A DNA stretch of 63,997 nt, the filler included, from Hyphochytrium catenoides (Eukaryota > Protista > Hyphochytriomycota), in the NCBI GenBank assembly GCA_900088475.1. It is 6 parts of 6 records of this genome, joined end to end, with 100 filler letters (N's around TTAATTAATTAA, not from the genome) between each part and the next. Parts side by side here need not be neighbours in the genome. Positions count along the whole stretch, not along the records: positions 24,492 to 55,101 come from FLMG01002568.1; 5 more parts are not named here. The stretch is one strand, 5' to 3'. The notes under the pieces are model-generated. The model saw nothing but the letters and a program-made list of their open reading frames with translations, had not been told where the DNA came from and did no database searches. The position numbers and the translations under genes were made by a program. Positions 25,976-38,012 of the stretch are shown here, one piece after another (the stretch's first letter is position 1; each line of letters starts with the position of its first letter).

Positions 25976-26228
25976 CTCTGAGCATATCAGTAGACCACGT
26001 AACCTAAATAAAAGTGTATTCAAATCCCATACATTATAACAGGTTATCGGCCCCCGCTTCCTCCAGGACTTCAGCGAGCTCTCTGGACCAACCAAACCAA
26101 GAACAAGAACAAGACTACCCCCTGTGTTGGACTGTGGTCGACGCTGAAACCAAAGAGTGTACACCGGACGACGCAGAGGGGAAAGACCCTGGTATATACT
26201 CCGTAACAAAAACGGAGATCAGTCAAAG

Positions 26229-26313
26229 TGTACGTTTGGTGTATGGTGGTGCATACTGGTTAGGGTGTCGGCATCAAAGACAGAGGTTCTGGGTTCGAAT
26301 CCCGGAGGGTACA
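26229..26313 (+). pseudogene. tRNA-like element, copy 1 (pseudo-tRNA or tRNA-derived repeat)
   Basis: Acceptor GTACGTT/AGGGTAC-A, A-box-like TGGTG..TGGTTAG, intact T-arm CTGGG-TTCGAAT-CCCGG and downstream TTTT. The anticodon arm is aberrant. Confidence 0.7.
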
Positions 26314-26388
26314 AAACTTTTCTCCGGTATATCCAGACACCCCTCAATATATTCAAAGTGCTCACCACCAAATGATAAAATCTAACAT

Positions 26389-26459
26389 ATAGTCCTTGAT
26401 AGTAGTAGTATTTTATGGTCAACAGATAGTCCTTGATAGTAGTAGTATTTCATGGTCAA
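26389..26459. repeat. Tandem duplication of about 37 bp (ATAGTCCTTGATAGTAGTAGTATTT.ATGGTCAA)
   Basis: Direct reading; two near-identical copies. Confidence 0.9.
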
Positions 26460-26471
26460 GTTTCTTTTAGC

Positions 26472-27170
26472 TGTTCAGCTTCGACCCTTCAATTTAGGGG
26501 AAGTTCAAGCTGCGAGGAGGTGTGGAGTCTGAGGGCACAGCTATGTGGACTACAAGGAGGGAAGCTTATTACCTACCCAAATTCCTGTTATAATATATGA
26601 AAATTTGAAGACACTCTTATTTAGTTTATGTGGTCTGCTACTATGAACAGAATGAGTATGGAGAGCTTTGGAACCCTGTTTTCCTTGTTGTCTAGTTTGT
26701 TCTATTTTTTGAAATAACTGTATCTTGTATTATTTTATCTACATGATCCGGTTACTGTTTCTTCACTTCCCATGATGACACCTTGTGGTAATAGCCTAGT
26801 TAATCTAACTTCTGAAACACTGGTTTTGTGTCTTCGCCCTGTTTGTGAGGTAGAGTCTGGAACTGAGAGCTTTTTCAGAGCTTTTGTCAGCTTCGGCTCT
26901 TATCGGCTCCAGCTCCAGACCCCCTGTAGAATTCGAGATATGAAGCAAACGAATGTCCCTGTTCATGTCTATGGCTTACGGTCAGTAGCCCGGAATACCT
27001 TCAGCATTGACTGTTCTGGACAAGAATATCTCTATGCCTGAATATCTTAGGCTTTAGTAGGAATAGTTGGCATATCCATAATAGCTCTAGATTGTGGGAC
27101 TCCGGCTGGGCTTATGAGTAGAGCTCTCTCATCTAATGACATTGTCGAATCATCCCATAGAAATCCAATA
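26472..27170 (+). mobile_element. Older diverged copy of the LTR at 28159-28543, interrupted by about 330 bp of other sequence
   Basis: 26472-26580 aligns by eye with the LTR 5' part and about 26910-27170 with the 3' part (...ATCATCCCATAGAAATCCAATA). Confidence 0.75.
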
Positions 27171-27611
27171 GTTTCAGGTTAATCTACTGCATGGTCCACT
27201 ACTTTTTTTTTATTTAGTAAAGTATACTTACTGTCTCCATGGACATAGACCATATAGGATTAGGCTGTTTGTTCAGTAAGGCATCCTTAGCGTCATCTAT
27301 ATTGGCTGAGAGACAGAGATAGTAGGTAATGGGTTCCGTGTTCCTTTATTCAAGCTATAATTGCACGAGGTGCTTCTACCACTGTGGAATATCTTGATGC
27401 ATACGTTAGTTAAGCTTGTAATTTTCAGAGTTTTTATATTGTGATAGTGTTCCGCCTTGGTAACATCCCTGCTGTTAGTAGGGATAACAACTCATAAGCT
27501 TCATCTTCTACTTATCACTGTCCTCAATTGACAGGATGTTCGCTGGAATTGATGATCTAGAGTTCCTGACTCCAAATCAAGCAAGCTGGCCAAAGAAAGA
27601 CTACCCCTCCC

Positions 27612-28007
27612 TTGTGTCTAGGAGGAGATACTCCTATTCAACTCTCAGTGCAGGCTGATGCTGATTGGGCTACTAGTGACCCAGCTGACCGCAAGTCTAT
27701 CACAGGCTATTTATTGAACCTCAATGGCGGTGCTTTTGCGTGTTGCGTAGAAGTTAAAGAAACAATCTCTTCGAGCGTCGTCAACAAGGGAAGTGGGTGC
27801 GTCTCTCGTTGGTCCACAAGCCAGGTCGCAGAGCACTTCAGCGTGTTCCTGTGCGAGCTTGGCTACTCCAACCAGCTGCCCATCCCTATTAAGCAGGACA
27901 ACAAGAGCGCGATTATCCTCTGCTCCTCTTCCCGACCAAAGTCAAAGACTTTAGATGTCAAGCAATGTGTCCTGCAAGAGAAGGTAGCCAATGGGAGAAT
28001 TTTTTGA
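27612..28007 (+). mobile_element. Degenerate Copia RNase H fragment
   Basis: ADADWATSDPADRKSITGYLL...ELG...IKQDNKSAI...KSKTLDVK. Confidence 0.85.
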
Positions 28008-28635
28008 ACTGTGATCGACGCTGAGACCAAAAGTGTACAGCGGACGACGTAGAGGGGAAGAATCCCTGGTATATAAACAAAAACGAAGATTAGTCAAAGT
28101 GTACAATTGGTGTATGGTGCATACTGCTGGTTAGGGTGTCGGCATCAAAGACAGAGGTTGTTGAGTGTTCAGCTTCGACCCTTCATAATAATAGGGAGGT
28201 CGAGCTGCGGCGGGGAGGTGTTGGAGTCTAGAGACATAGCTATGTAGACTACAAGCTGGCAAGCTTAACTACCCAAGTTTCAACTCTAAACTCCCAGTAG
28301 TAGCCGAGATATGAAAGCAAACGAAATGTCCCTGTTCATATCTATGGCTTATGGTCAGTACCCCAGAATACCTTCAAAATTGACTGTTCTAGACGGGGAT
28401 TTCTCTATGACTGAAAATCTTAGGGTTTATTATGAATAGTTGGCATAGTCAGAATAACTATAGATTATGGGACCCTAGTTGGGCTTATAAGTAGAGCACT
28501 CTCGTCTAATGACATTGTCCAATCATCCCACATAAATCCAACAGAGGTCTTGGGTTCGAATCCCGGAGCGTACAAAGCTTTTCTCCAGTATATCCAGACA
28601 CCCCCCACCAATGTTGATTCAAAGTGCTCATCACT
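28006..28635 (+). repeat. Copy 2 of the tRNA-like module with its flanks, split by a solo LTR
   Basis: 28006-28158 matches about 26128-26287 and 28544-28635 matches about 26283-26368. Confidence 0.85.
28159..28543. mobile_element. Solo LTR (385 bp) with 5-bp target-site duplication
   Basis: Termini TGTTG...CAACA flanked by GAGGT at 28154-28158 and 28544-28548. Removing it restores the tRNA-like sequence. Confidence 0.88.
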
Positions 28636-29078
28636 ACTCGGAGTATATGATTGCGAGCCCGAAGGGCGAGCCTCAATTTCAACCCACAGGGGGCTTCAGC
28701 ACAAATGGACTTTTTCGTGCTTTGTGTGGTGTCCGCGCGTGGGTGCGTGTTTGTGATCCCAAATTTCACTATTTGGTTTTTCACAAATCACTGTTTGGGC
28801 TTTTTCTTTGGGTCTGGGACTTTGTGTACTTTGGAGATATAAAAGGGGTCAGCGCAGAAGCGAAAGGGATTTTATGAACCCAACTCGAATTTGTAACGCG
28901 AGACGTATCACTATAAACCGAGACACATCGCGTGCGTCCAGGCGAATTTGTGTTCTATCCTCATTTTACCTGAGACGCATCACCTACTACCCTGAATTTA
29001 TCTGTAGGAGATGAGTGTGGAGAAGGTGACATGTCACGCGACACCTGCAGCAGCAGTCGAGAGTTGAGAAAGAGTCCT

Positions 29079-29130
29079 CATTCACTCACTCATCAATCAC
29101 TCAGTCATTCACTCACTCACCCACTCACTA
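29079..29130. repeat. (TCAC)n-type imperfect tetranucleotide repeat
   Basis: Direct reading of the sequence. Confidence 0.85.
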
Positions 29131-29339
29131 CTCTGCTTTAGGAAGGGCGGCTGAACCAGTAGAGGTATCCTTTCGTCCTCGTAGATAGTGTGCCAGCTAA
29201 ATAATGACAGAAGAAGGAATGGAGAGCTCCTGGTGTTATTACTGTACAAGTAAATCAGTGATCCAAGCATCTTCCAATATCAATGCAGCCGAAAGCTGGA
29301 TTACGCACTATTAACTTCGGGCGACCCCTGGAAGCCTAA

Positions 29340-29965
29340 AGCCATTGATAAAATCTAACAGGGTTAAGCTGGTCTATACTCCCTCTGCATCTATGGTAGC
29401 CGATTGATTGCCTCAACAAGCCTTTACCCGCTCCTCTCTTTCGGACACTGCGTCCTCACCATAAAGTGCTCCCTCCCAGTATCAGTACTCTTGCCACTAC
29501 CCATCTAGCTTCGACTGAGGGGAAGAGAGTGATGAGTGAGACCGCGACAATAAGGTGAGGTAAGTCGACAGTCACCACTGATGATCCGGAGAAGCTAGGT
29601 ATGAGGGTTAGTGTTGAGTGCTACAATAATGTTCGTTGTCAGTAGTACAGTAGTCACTCTCTATACACACCTCCTAGCTCTCAGGGACATAGACGGAACG
29701 GTACACTGTGTTATGGGAAAGAGAGGGGTAAGGAGAATTCCATGAACTCTTCCTTTGAGCACCGGACCAGCACAGGAGAGAGAGCTGATGAGGGAGGCTG
29801 GGACGAGCGAGGATCTTGAGAGCAGGCCAGACCGACCTTATGACTCATTTGACATTTCGGAGAAATCTCAATCATATCTGACTACCCAGCCCCTTTGTTA
29901 TCGTTTCATCTAGTTTGTGCTCATACAGACGCTTCAGGCGTTGCCACCCCAGCTCTGTAAACTTC
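29340..29965 (+). mobile_element. Copia remnant: RNase H C-terminus, polypurine tract and a second 5'/gag segment
   Basis: VKLVYTPSASMVAD...NKPLPAPLF; PPT-like GAGGGGAAGAGAG near 29517-29529. About 29612-29965 is a diverged reverse complement of about 25608-25937. Confidence 0.7.
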
Positions 29966-32900
29966 ACCAGGCAGCACCTCGCTCGAAGATTCATCCATTT
30001 GGTGGAACGTGGTAACCTGTTGAGATTGTTAGTTAGCTAATCGAGTTTGTTTTCAAGCGACAATGTCCTCCATTGTCTTATGGGGGGCCAATTTGTGCAC
30101 TTCCTTCCTCTTTGGGAACGGAGGCAACAATTGCTACTTTCGGTTAACCATCAGACGACATGGTTTATGAAAGTGCTTTTGATACTCATCAAGAGGAAGT
30201 ATACTAGAACAGCAACTCCCGCATCAAAGGGGACAGTCATCAAGCTCCTTTTCTCACTCAGTACAAAAGTTTTGCACTTTTACACGTCTGTTGAGATACA
30301 TGGGTGGGAAGGATTACAATACCAAGATTAATACCACTTTCAAAAGTAACTATAGGAAGACTATCAAACCCACTAAAACAAGAAGAACTGCTTCTCAGGA
30401 ATAGAAAAGTCTAACGGCAATTGCGTCCTTCATTTTACCCGCTACATGAACTTCAACCGTGATACATAGCCGGGAACGCACGAGAATTGTGTTAGTAACG
30501 CCACCCATGCAAGGGGACCATTGGCCCCAGATACAGGGTCATGTGCATCTTTGGGTGATTCAAGGCACATTAAATTCCTGTTTGATTTTCTAATGGACAG
30601 TAGAAGCGGAAAGTCTGGGTTGGCGCATTAGCATCTGGCGGAGGATCAGAAAGCTAAAATCTGGCGTTTCTTGAAAAAGAAAGCTCGTGAAATTTAGCAT
30701 GTGCTGCAGGGATGCGAGAGGAGGAGAATGATTTCATAGCCCTTTATAATAGATAACTGCGGGTCGTGTACGACTTCCCAATACCTCTATAGAAAGCTAT
30801 GGGCCGCGGTCGACGGAAGCGCCGAGCGAGGCAGATGCCAGTCTGCTGTAACACAGAATTCTTCACCTGGGAATATAATGTGCTGCATGCTGTTCCTCAA
30901 CGCACGCCCAACACATCTACGGCTCTGAATGGGGTACACTACTCTTCGTCTTCTTCAGTTGTTCAATCCCCTTCCCGTTGGAATCCTCGCTGGAGCCCTG
31001 ATGTCATCGACTAGTTCTCACCATCCATTGCCTCGTCATTATCATTTCCCTCGGCAACATCTTTTTCTACTTCTCTTCTTGGCGGTCATCCTTTCGGTGT
31101 TAGCCAACCCATCTTCTGCCCTTTCCTCTTTCTCCACTTGTCCGGCTCTCAGAACCCGTTTTCGATCATCAGCAGGGATCCGTCCACTCTCCTTCTCCGC
31201 AGCATATTCACCCCGCGAAGTGAAAAGGCACACAGACACAAGAAAGAGTCCATATGTGCTGGAGTCCCTGTGGTTTAAATTTGAGGCTCGCCCGGGCTCG
31301 CAATAAGTAATCAATTGGGTCACTTTATATATAGCGCGTCATACATACTCTATCAGGGGACAAAGCGCTCTTTAAGAAAGTATCTAAGGCTATTATTCAA
31401 TCTTCTCCGCCCATCAGTTACTCCTCAAGCGCTTGTTCTTAATTCCTGCTAATAATCACCCCGCAGCACCGAAAAAAATATAGCGTTCGCTGCTTACCGC
31501 TTGGTAGAGCTTCTTCGTAGGAGAGACGAAGAGCTATTGTGTGATAGTGAGATAGGTTTTCATCAATCAGAACTTCGTAGAAGAGACGAAGATCACCTCA
31601 CACACCACAAAAAAGCTAGGGTTCGCCGCTTGACAGACCTTCGTAGTAAGCGAAGAGCTCTTGTGTAAAAATGTTGTGTTCTTCTACTGTTGTTGACGAA
31701 CTGGTCACACTTGTTCACTGCATTGCAATTTCCTTTGTGCTCTGTCATTACACTTGAACAAGCAGAAGAACAAGAAGAAGCAGCATATTCGTCTACTGTT
31801 CGTAGTGTTTTGGATGCTGCACTACTACTACTTCCTATCACCGAGCCTCGGTTCATCATCAGGTTTTTGTTGGGTCCTTGCAACGAAGGGATTCCATGAT
31901 GCGGTGACAAAAGAGTTATGAGATAATCTAAAATAGCCGACCAAACAGTCAGTTCTCAACAACGTAAACAAGTAACACAGAAACTAAGTGTTCACACGTT
32001 CTATTTTTTTTCGGACCGTACATCCTCGGTAAGACTTCCGAGGTTCAGCTTAGACCTAATCTTTAACCGTAAGACGATACAACAAACAGCCTTACTCGAT
32101 GACGAGTGACCAAACACAAAACATCATCACCAATTTATTGCGATGATGGGGATGATGGTCTTGGGTCACAGTGAAGAACGATCTGCTTCTTTCCTGCCTA
32201 TCTCATTTCAGTCTCAGTTCGCTGCTCAGGCAACCAGGCAGCAGCACGTATCACCAGGCCCTTCCTTCATTTTTCCTTCTTCTCATTTGGGTTTGGTTTC
32301 TGATCCACGATCCTTTATAATACTAGTTTTCGCCCCACTATGTGATATTTTTTTTGGATCGCAGCTCATGGGCATTGGTCAAGTCTTTCCGTGGACAGAC
32401 TCCTCCATCTGGAAATAATAAAGGAAGGGCAGGATCAATAAGTTGGTGGCAGGAGGCCGATGGTAGTAGTACTAAAAGTAGAGCGGAGGAAGGCGACAAA
32501 CAGCAAGCGCATCAGCAGAAAAAGTAATAAAGAAGGTAGAGGCAACAAAGACTCACACGGCGGTGGTTATATGGATAAAGAAGAGATGCTAATGATGAGG
32601 GTTATGGGAGGGTGTTGATGGCCACGACAAAAAGATTATGATTTGGTCTGTCGCCACGTCCTCCTCCCTAATCAATGAACTGCTCGTCGCTATTAAAGAC
32701 GGAATAAATCTCGACACTTCTTCTGTTACAGACGACGATGATACTTCTAGTAGATGTTCTAGTAGTCACTCGTGGATGGAGGATGATGACCCGGAGTTTT
32801 ATCGAAGATCTGCCCGCCGTTCTGAAGTCCTGCGGCAATACAGTAGTAGGTAGAGCTGCAACTTCTTCTTCCTGTTCCCAATAGAGGAGAAAGAATAAGG

Positions 32901-33628
32901 CTTTTGAAGAAGAGCTCCGCCGATACAGACAAGTGTTATTTCCTCCTAGTTCTATACCTTCTTGAGAACTACTGGTTTTTGGCAAGGAAAAGTTGTGCAA
33001 TGGTGCGTTGTAGTTGTGAGATAAACACAGAAAATAGTGTTACTGTAGTTCAGGGTTTGGGGGTTGTGCGATGATGTGCCAACAGAGGAAGGGAGGAAAG
33101 TGGTTACACGGCCCCAACTCTTGCTGCTGCTGCCACCTCGGCTTCGGAACAACCGCTGCTGGGGTCTAAGGTGACAGGCAGACAGAGACTTCTTAGGAAG
33201 GAAGGACTGATGTCTGACGGGCGGAGGGCATGAGGAGGAGGAGGGAGTAAGGAGGAGGAGGAGGAGAGTTCGAAACAAAGAGGCGGTAAGCCGGAAGGAG
33301 CGAGGCCTATGAATATGAAGAATTGAGGAGGAAGAGGAGTGTAGGCTGTGGACAACAGAGCATCCCAGGCGATACTGGGATGGCAGACACGAAGAAGAGG
33401 CGCAAGAAGAGTAAGAGGATCGAGAAGAAGAAAGGCTAAAGAGCGAGACCAAAGGAGAAAGAGGCTGAGAGAAAAAGGCTAAGAGAAAGAGGAATGCCGC
33501 TCAACGTGAATCATAGCTGAGGGCAGGGAGCTGAACTGGGACAATAAAGACTGGCCGCAGAAGATAGCTGCATTACACGCCAAGCCCGGGTCAAGGGATC
33601 AGCTGGCAATGTGGCGTTTGGGACTGGG

Positions 33629-36600
33629 ATGAGAGCCCCGCCTCGAAGCTTTCAGCCTCTCCCGCAGGGACGGTCGTCATCGGGACTGCGGAGCTCTAAG
33701 GCACTCCGAGTCCGAGAGGAGGTAGAGGTGCGCGTCATCATGGCTCATTGCCCCTTCCTTCACGACACTGATCCTCTCTCGCGCTTTGCCTTGGTTTTAC
33801 TTTGCAGACAAGCCTGCCTCTCTCTCTTTCCCCCCGCCCTCTCTCTCGGTCTGCCTTTCTTTATGTCTCCTTCTCTCTTACATCCTCTCTCGTGTTCCCC
33901 TTTCCTTTCCTTACATCTGTTTTCTAATTTGCTCTTGCTAACGGCCACCTTGTTCTCAGGCTTCTCGGGGCTCCGGCTGTCCTGTCAGCTCCCGCCGTTA
34001 CTCAAACCAGCTTGAGGTCTGTCGCTTATCATTGTCTTTGATGAAATGGCTTCAATTATGTTCTTATCTTCGATGGATCCCGTCTCATACTTTGCTCTCT
34101 CCGATGCTAATCATGTTCTTTCAGTTCGATGGAAACCGAGACAGCCCTAAAGATCCGCAAGGTACAATTGCAGCGGGCGAGGACAAGACAAAGGTCAGTT
34201 ACACTCCTTTCTGACATTCTCTATCCACCGCTTCCCACCAATTGCCGCTGGCCTCTCTCCCTAGTCTATAGATGGGACGATTTGTTTCTTGCCGGGCCTG
34301 GACACCCGTCTTCCATACTATTGTCTTTCCTGTCTGTCTACCTCCAATGAATACGTCACGTTATTCTATCACTAGTAACGCCGTCTTTGACCGTTGTGTC
34401 CACCGCCCAGGAGCAAATAATCCAGCTTTTAATGCGACAAGTTGCGGACCTCACCCGAGAGCTTACGAGTCTACAAGTCAACAAGGTAGAAGCCCTGTTC
34501 CTTCTGTCTTCGACTCTTCTATCTTTTAGCTCAGTCGGTAACCTTTGTCAAGAGTCCCCATCTGCTTAACTGCCTCTTATGCAGGTTTTTAGGTGGCTCG
34601 TGGTGTATACTAACTTCCATGCTTGCTCCCTTTGTCTCTTATTCTCCTTCAGGGAGTGACAGAGAAGGCAGCTGGTGCAGCTTCCCAAGAAGTGCACCTG
34701 CTACAGCAAAAGGTGCTCGAGCACTCTGAGGAGGTCAAGAAGGTCGTACAAAGTGTTCACCCTCCATTTGATCAAAGCTTCCCTATTTAGCCACCATCAA
34801 GAGCAGCAATCAATTTATACAACTCCTGTCTCACAAACCTCTTCTGACTCCCGTTGCGGATGACTAATCGTTTGTTTGTCAGGTACGGGAACAGGCTGTG
34901 CGGGAGAATGAGCAGCATAGGCGGGAGATGGCTGGAGCGCTGCAAGCGGTGGAGGAGGTAACAGCCTTCAGCTCTCCATGCCGTTTCCTCTTAGTTTTTC
35001 AATTATGTCCTATTGATTCTCTTCCGGTCCTCTCTGCTTTGCTCTCTCCCTTTACGCGGGATTCTCGGCTGGGTTGGCTGTATAACAGATAAAGGCGAAT
35101 TTGGCTGCCACACGGTAAGAAATGGATCTGTATAGAGTTTTCCTTGGGTCCTAGTATGAGGCTGAGCGATCTGTCTGTCGCAAACTCTCGGTCGTCTTTG
35201 CCTATGGTGTCTCTTCCTTCCGACGACCTCTTTATAACGTGTCCTCGGACTCTCTTCGGCCGTTCGGTCGATATCTGTGTCTCTCCACTTCTTCCCTTTG
35301 ATAGGGCTTCCGAGTCGGCTCTGCGTACTGCGCTCGGAGTGGCTCACGCGGATCTCCGGCAATGTGAACAGAGCTTTGAAGAGTGCAAGCGGAGGCTTGA
35401 GTGTGCTTTAGGGGATTTAAAGAGGCAGAAGTCGGAACTAATGCCACAGGTCTCTTCGGCTCCCTTCTGTGGTCTCTCCAGTGTTACTTCTGCCGTCCTC
35501 CTATTCTCCACAATCTCCCTCCCCTGTTTATTTTTTCACTCTTGATTCGCGAAGTCTTATCCCTTCATTGGTACTGAGGTCCCCACCACTCCACTTTCGT
35601 ATTCACTCTCTCTGGTCGTCAGCCTAGCTTCATGTGTCTCGCACCCTTTCCAGGTTTTGATTGTGAGAGAACTGGGCACTCTGTTATTTCATGGCGTCAT
35701 AAAGCTTCTCTTCCGAAGTGCTAACTAGTAGCCTCTTTTTTCCACAGCTGGGCTCTTTGGACGCAGACAATAAGTCACTGAGGGAGCAATTGGAGAGGGC
35801 GCAAGAGTGCAATCTCAAACTTCAGGAGGTAACAAGGAAACGCAGAGTATACTCTTCCATTACTTTGGTGATCTAGTCATGACATGATTGCTCCTGCTAG
35901 CGTGCTCTCTCACTCTGACCTCCTTGTTATTTAGAGTAGGTAGTTCTATCTTTATGATCTTTGACCTGTCTATGATCATCGTCAGCAGGATGATGAAGTC
36001 TAAGTCTCAATCGCGATTCCTTTTTTCTGTTCCGTCAGACTACTCGTCAGGAGCAAGAGGTCCGCTTGAAGGCAGAGAGGAGCCGACAGGAGCTGGAGGT
36101 GGACATCAAAGGACTCTCTCAAGAGGTCAAGCAACAGAAAGAGGTAGGACGAGGAGGCTGAAAGAGGAGCAAAAGAGAGAGAGATGTGCCCGGAGAGGCC
36201 AGAGGAGAGAGGCCTAGCGGTCTTGGCCGTTTTCTGGGGACCCTGACGTTTCTACATTATTACTCTCTGGCTGCATAATAGTGAGCATTTACTTTCTTCA
36301 ATCTCCGTCCTGAGGTGACCACTCATCTACTGTGATAATATTAGGATTCTCTGTCCAGTACCCTTCCCGTTTCTCACCGCTGCAGTTCCCCTTCCGTCTT
36401 GATGTTGATCAGAGGCTAGACGCAGAAATGGCAATAAAGAGGCAAGGAGAAAGGGACATAGAGACCCTTCGTTCTCAACTCAAAGCAAGAGAAGAGGAAT
36501 TGCAGAAGGAGAGACATAAGAGAGAGGATGAGGTCAAAAAGGAGAGAAAGCGAACCGCAGAGCTGGAAGCGAAACTGAACAACAGAACGTCTAAGCTTCA

Positions 36601-37224
36601 GGCAAGAGAGAAGGAGCTTTCTCGTCTACTCGAAGAAAGAGCTAGGAATATCAAGACAATCAAGGTACAAAGAAGCCAAAGATTGAAGTCTTTTCTTTCA
36701 GCGAACTACTCCACTGTAGCTCCCTACCAGGGCCCGAAGATGGTGTCAAACCTCCGCACCAATCCTATGATGTTAATACTTGCTGCCCCCACGTGTTCTA
36801 GGAAAATATAGAGACGATAGCAACCCTGCAGAAGGAAAGGAAGGATGCCCAGGATAAGTGCGAAGAGTATAAAGGACGAGTTTTCTACTTGGAAGGAATT
36901 CTCGACAGTAACAGAGCGAAGAAGGGCGAAAAGAGACTTCCACAGGCTGAGGATATGAGCAAAGAGACGGGCGAGACGAGAACAACATCAGAAGGAAGTG
37001 GAAGTACAGAGCTCACAGATGCAAACAGGATCAAGGCTGTTTCAAATGACCGTAACGATCAAAGCGCTAGAGGGCCAACTATAGGGAGATCCGCTCTCTC
37101 ACCTTGCGAATGCTCCCCTTTGCCAGCCTCATCGCTTGCTGACCCAGCCCGGGCCTTGGATTCTGACGCTCCTGACTGGCTCCGCTACGACGATGACTCG
37201 CTAGACGGGCTTCCTCCCTTCTAG
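33629..37224 (+). CDS. Multi-exon coiled-coil protein, unknown family
   Basis: Short heptad-rich exons (EQIIQLLMRQVADLTRELTSLQVNK; RLDAEMAIKRQGERDIETLRSQLKAREEELQKE) separated by pyrimidine-rich GT-AG introns; ends DDDSLDGLPPF*. Confidence 0.6.
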
Positions 37225-38012
37225 TGTATGGGGAAGAAGGAATGGTACTACCCCTATGCCTTCTCGGTGAGACAAAGAGGAATCTCGTCAAACGGGAGAG
37301 GCAGCCAGCCTGGCAGTACTGAGACTGTTAGGAAACTACGTGCTGCACGAAGAGAGAAAGGGAGAGGAACCAATCTTCCTAGGTGGACAGCTCCATTTAT
37401 TAGCCACTTCAGAAATCGACTATAGCCGATATGTATGGCTCCACTCAGCGTCAGCTAGTGGCTCCCCGGCCATTTCCGCCTGTCATTGAGAGTGATACCG
37501 TTTAGCTCCTCCCTCCTCACTCAAGAAAGAGCTCCGTGTCCCTAGTTCAGTGTATTACTCCCATTGCCTCTCTTAAATTTGCCCTTATCCAATCTATAGG
37601 TAAGTTTACGTTCTGTCTACAACGCTTCGAGAAAAGCCAACCAACCCTGGACGGCAGGAGGGTCGACACCTTGTCGAAGTAGTAGCTCCTTAGTCTTATT
37701 TAGAACCATGGCCAACTCACGCACGAGCTACTATATTTACTTCTTCCGTTGCCACCCACGCCCTCTTTCTACAGTCAATGGCCGTACCTCTAGGCCCCCT
37801 AGCATATTACTCTTGTTGGTATTACTGATCAATGCAATGGCGTCGAGCAAGCCTGACTCACGAAGCAAGATTAACAGGGACATCTGACTATTATATTAAA
37901 ACATAGCAGAAGCCAACACGGCTGATGACTGTCCACCGTCCCTCCTCCTATTCTTATCAGCCCCTCATCGACTATTATGTCCCTGGCTTTTTATCACCCG
38001 CCTTACAAATGT

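Noticed and set aside
26272-26278. TCA in the tRNA-like loop suggesting a Sec or opal-suppressor tRNA
   Set aside because: The anticodon stem does not pair in that register, position 33 is not U and there is no long variable arm.
31160-31185. Minus-strand CTGATGA-TC-GAAA hammerhead core
   Set aside because: No stem II and no flanking stems.
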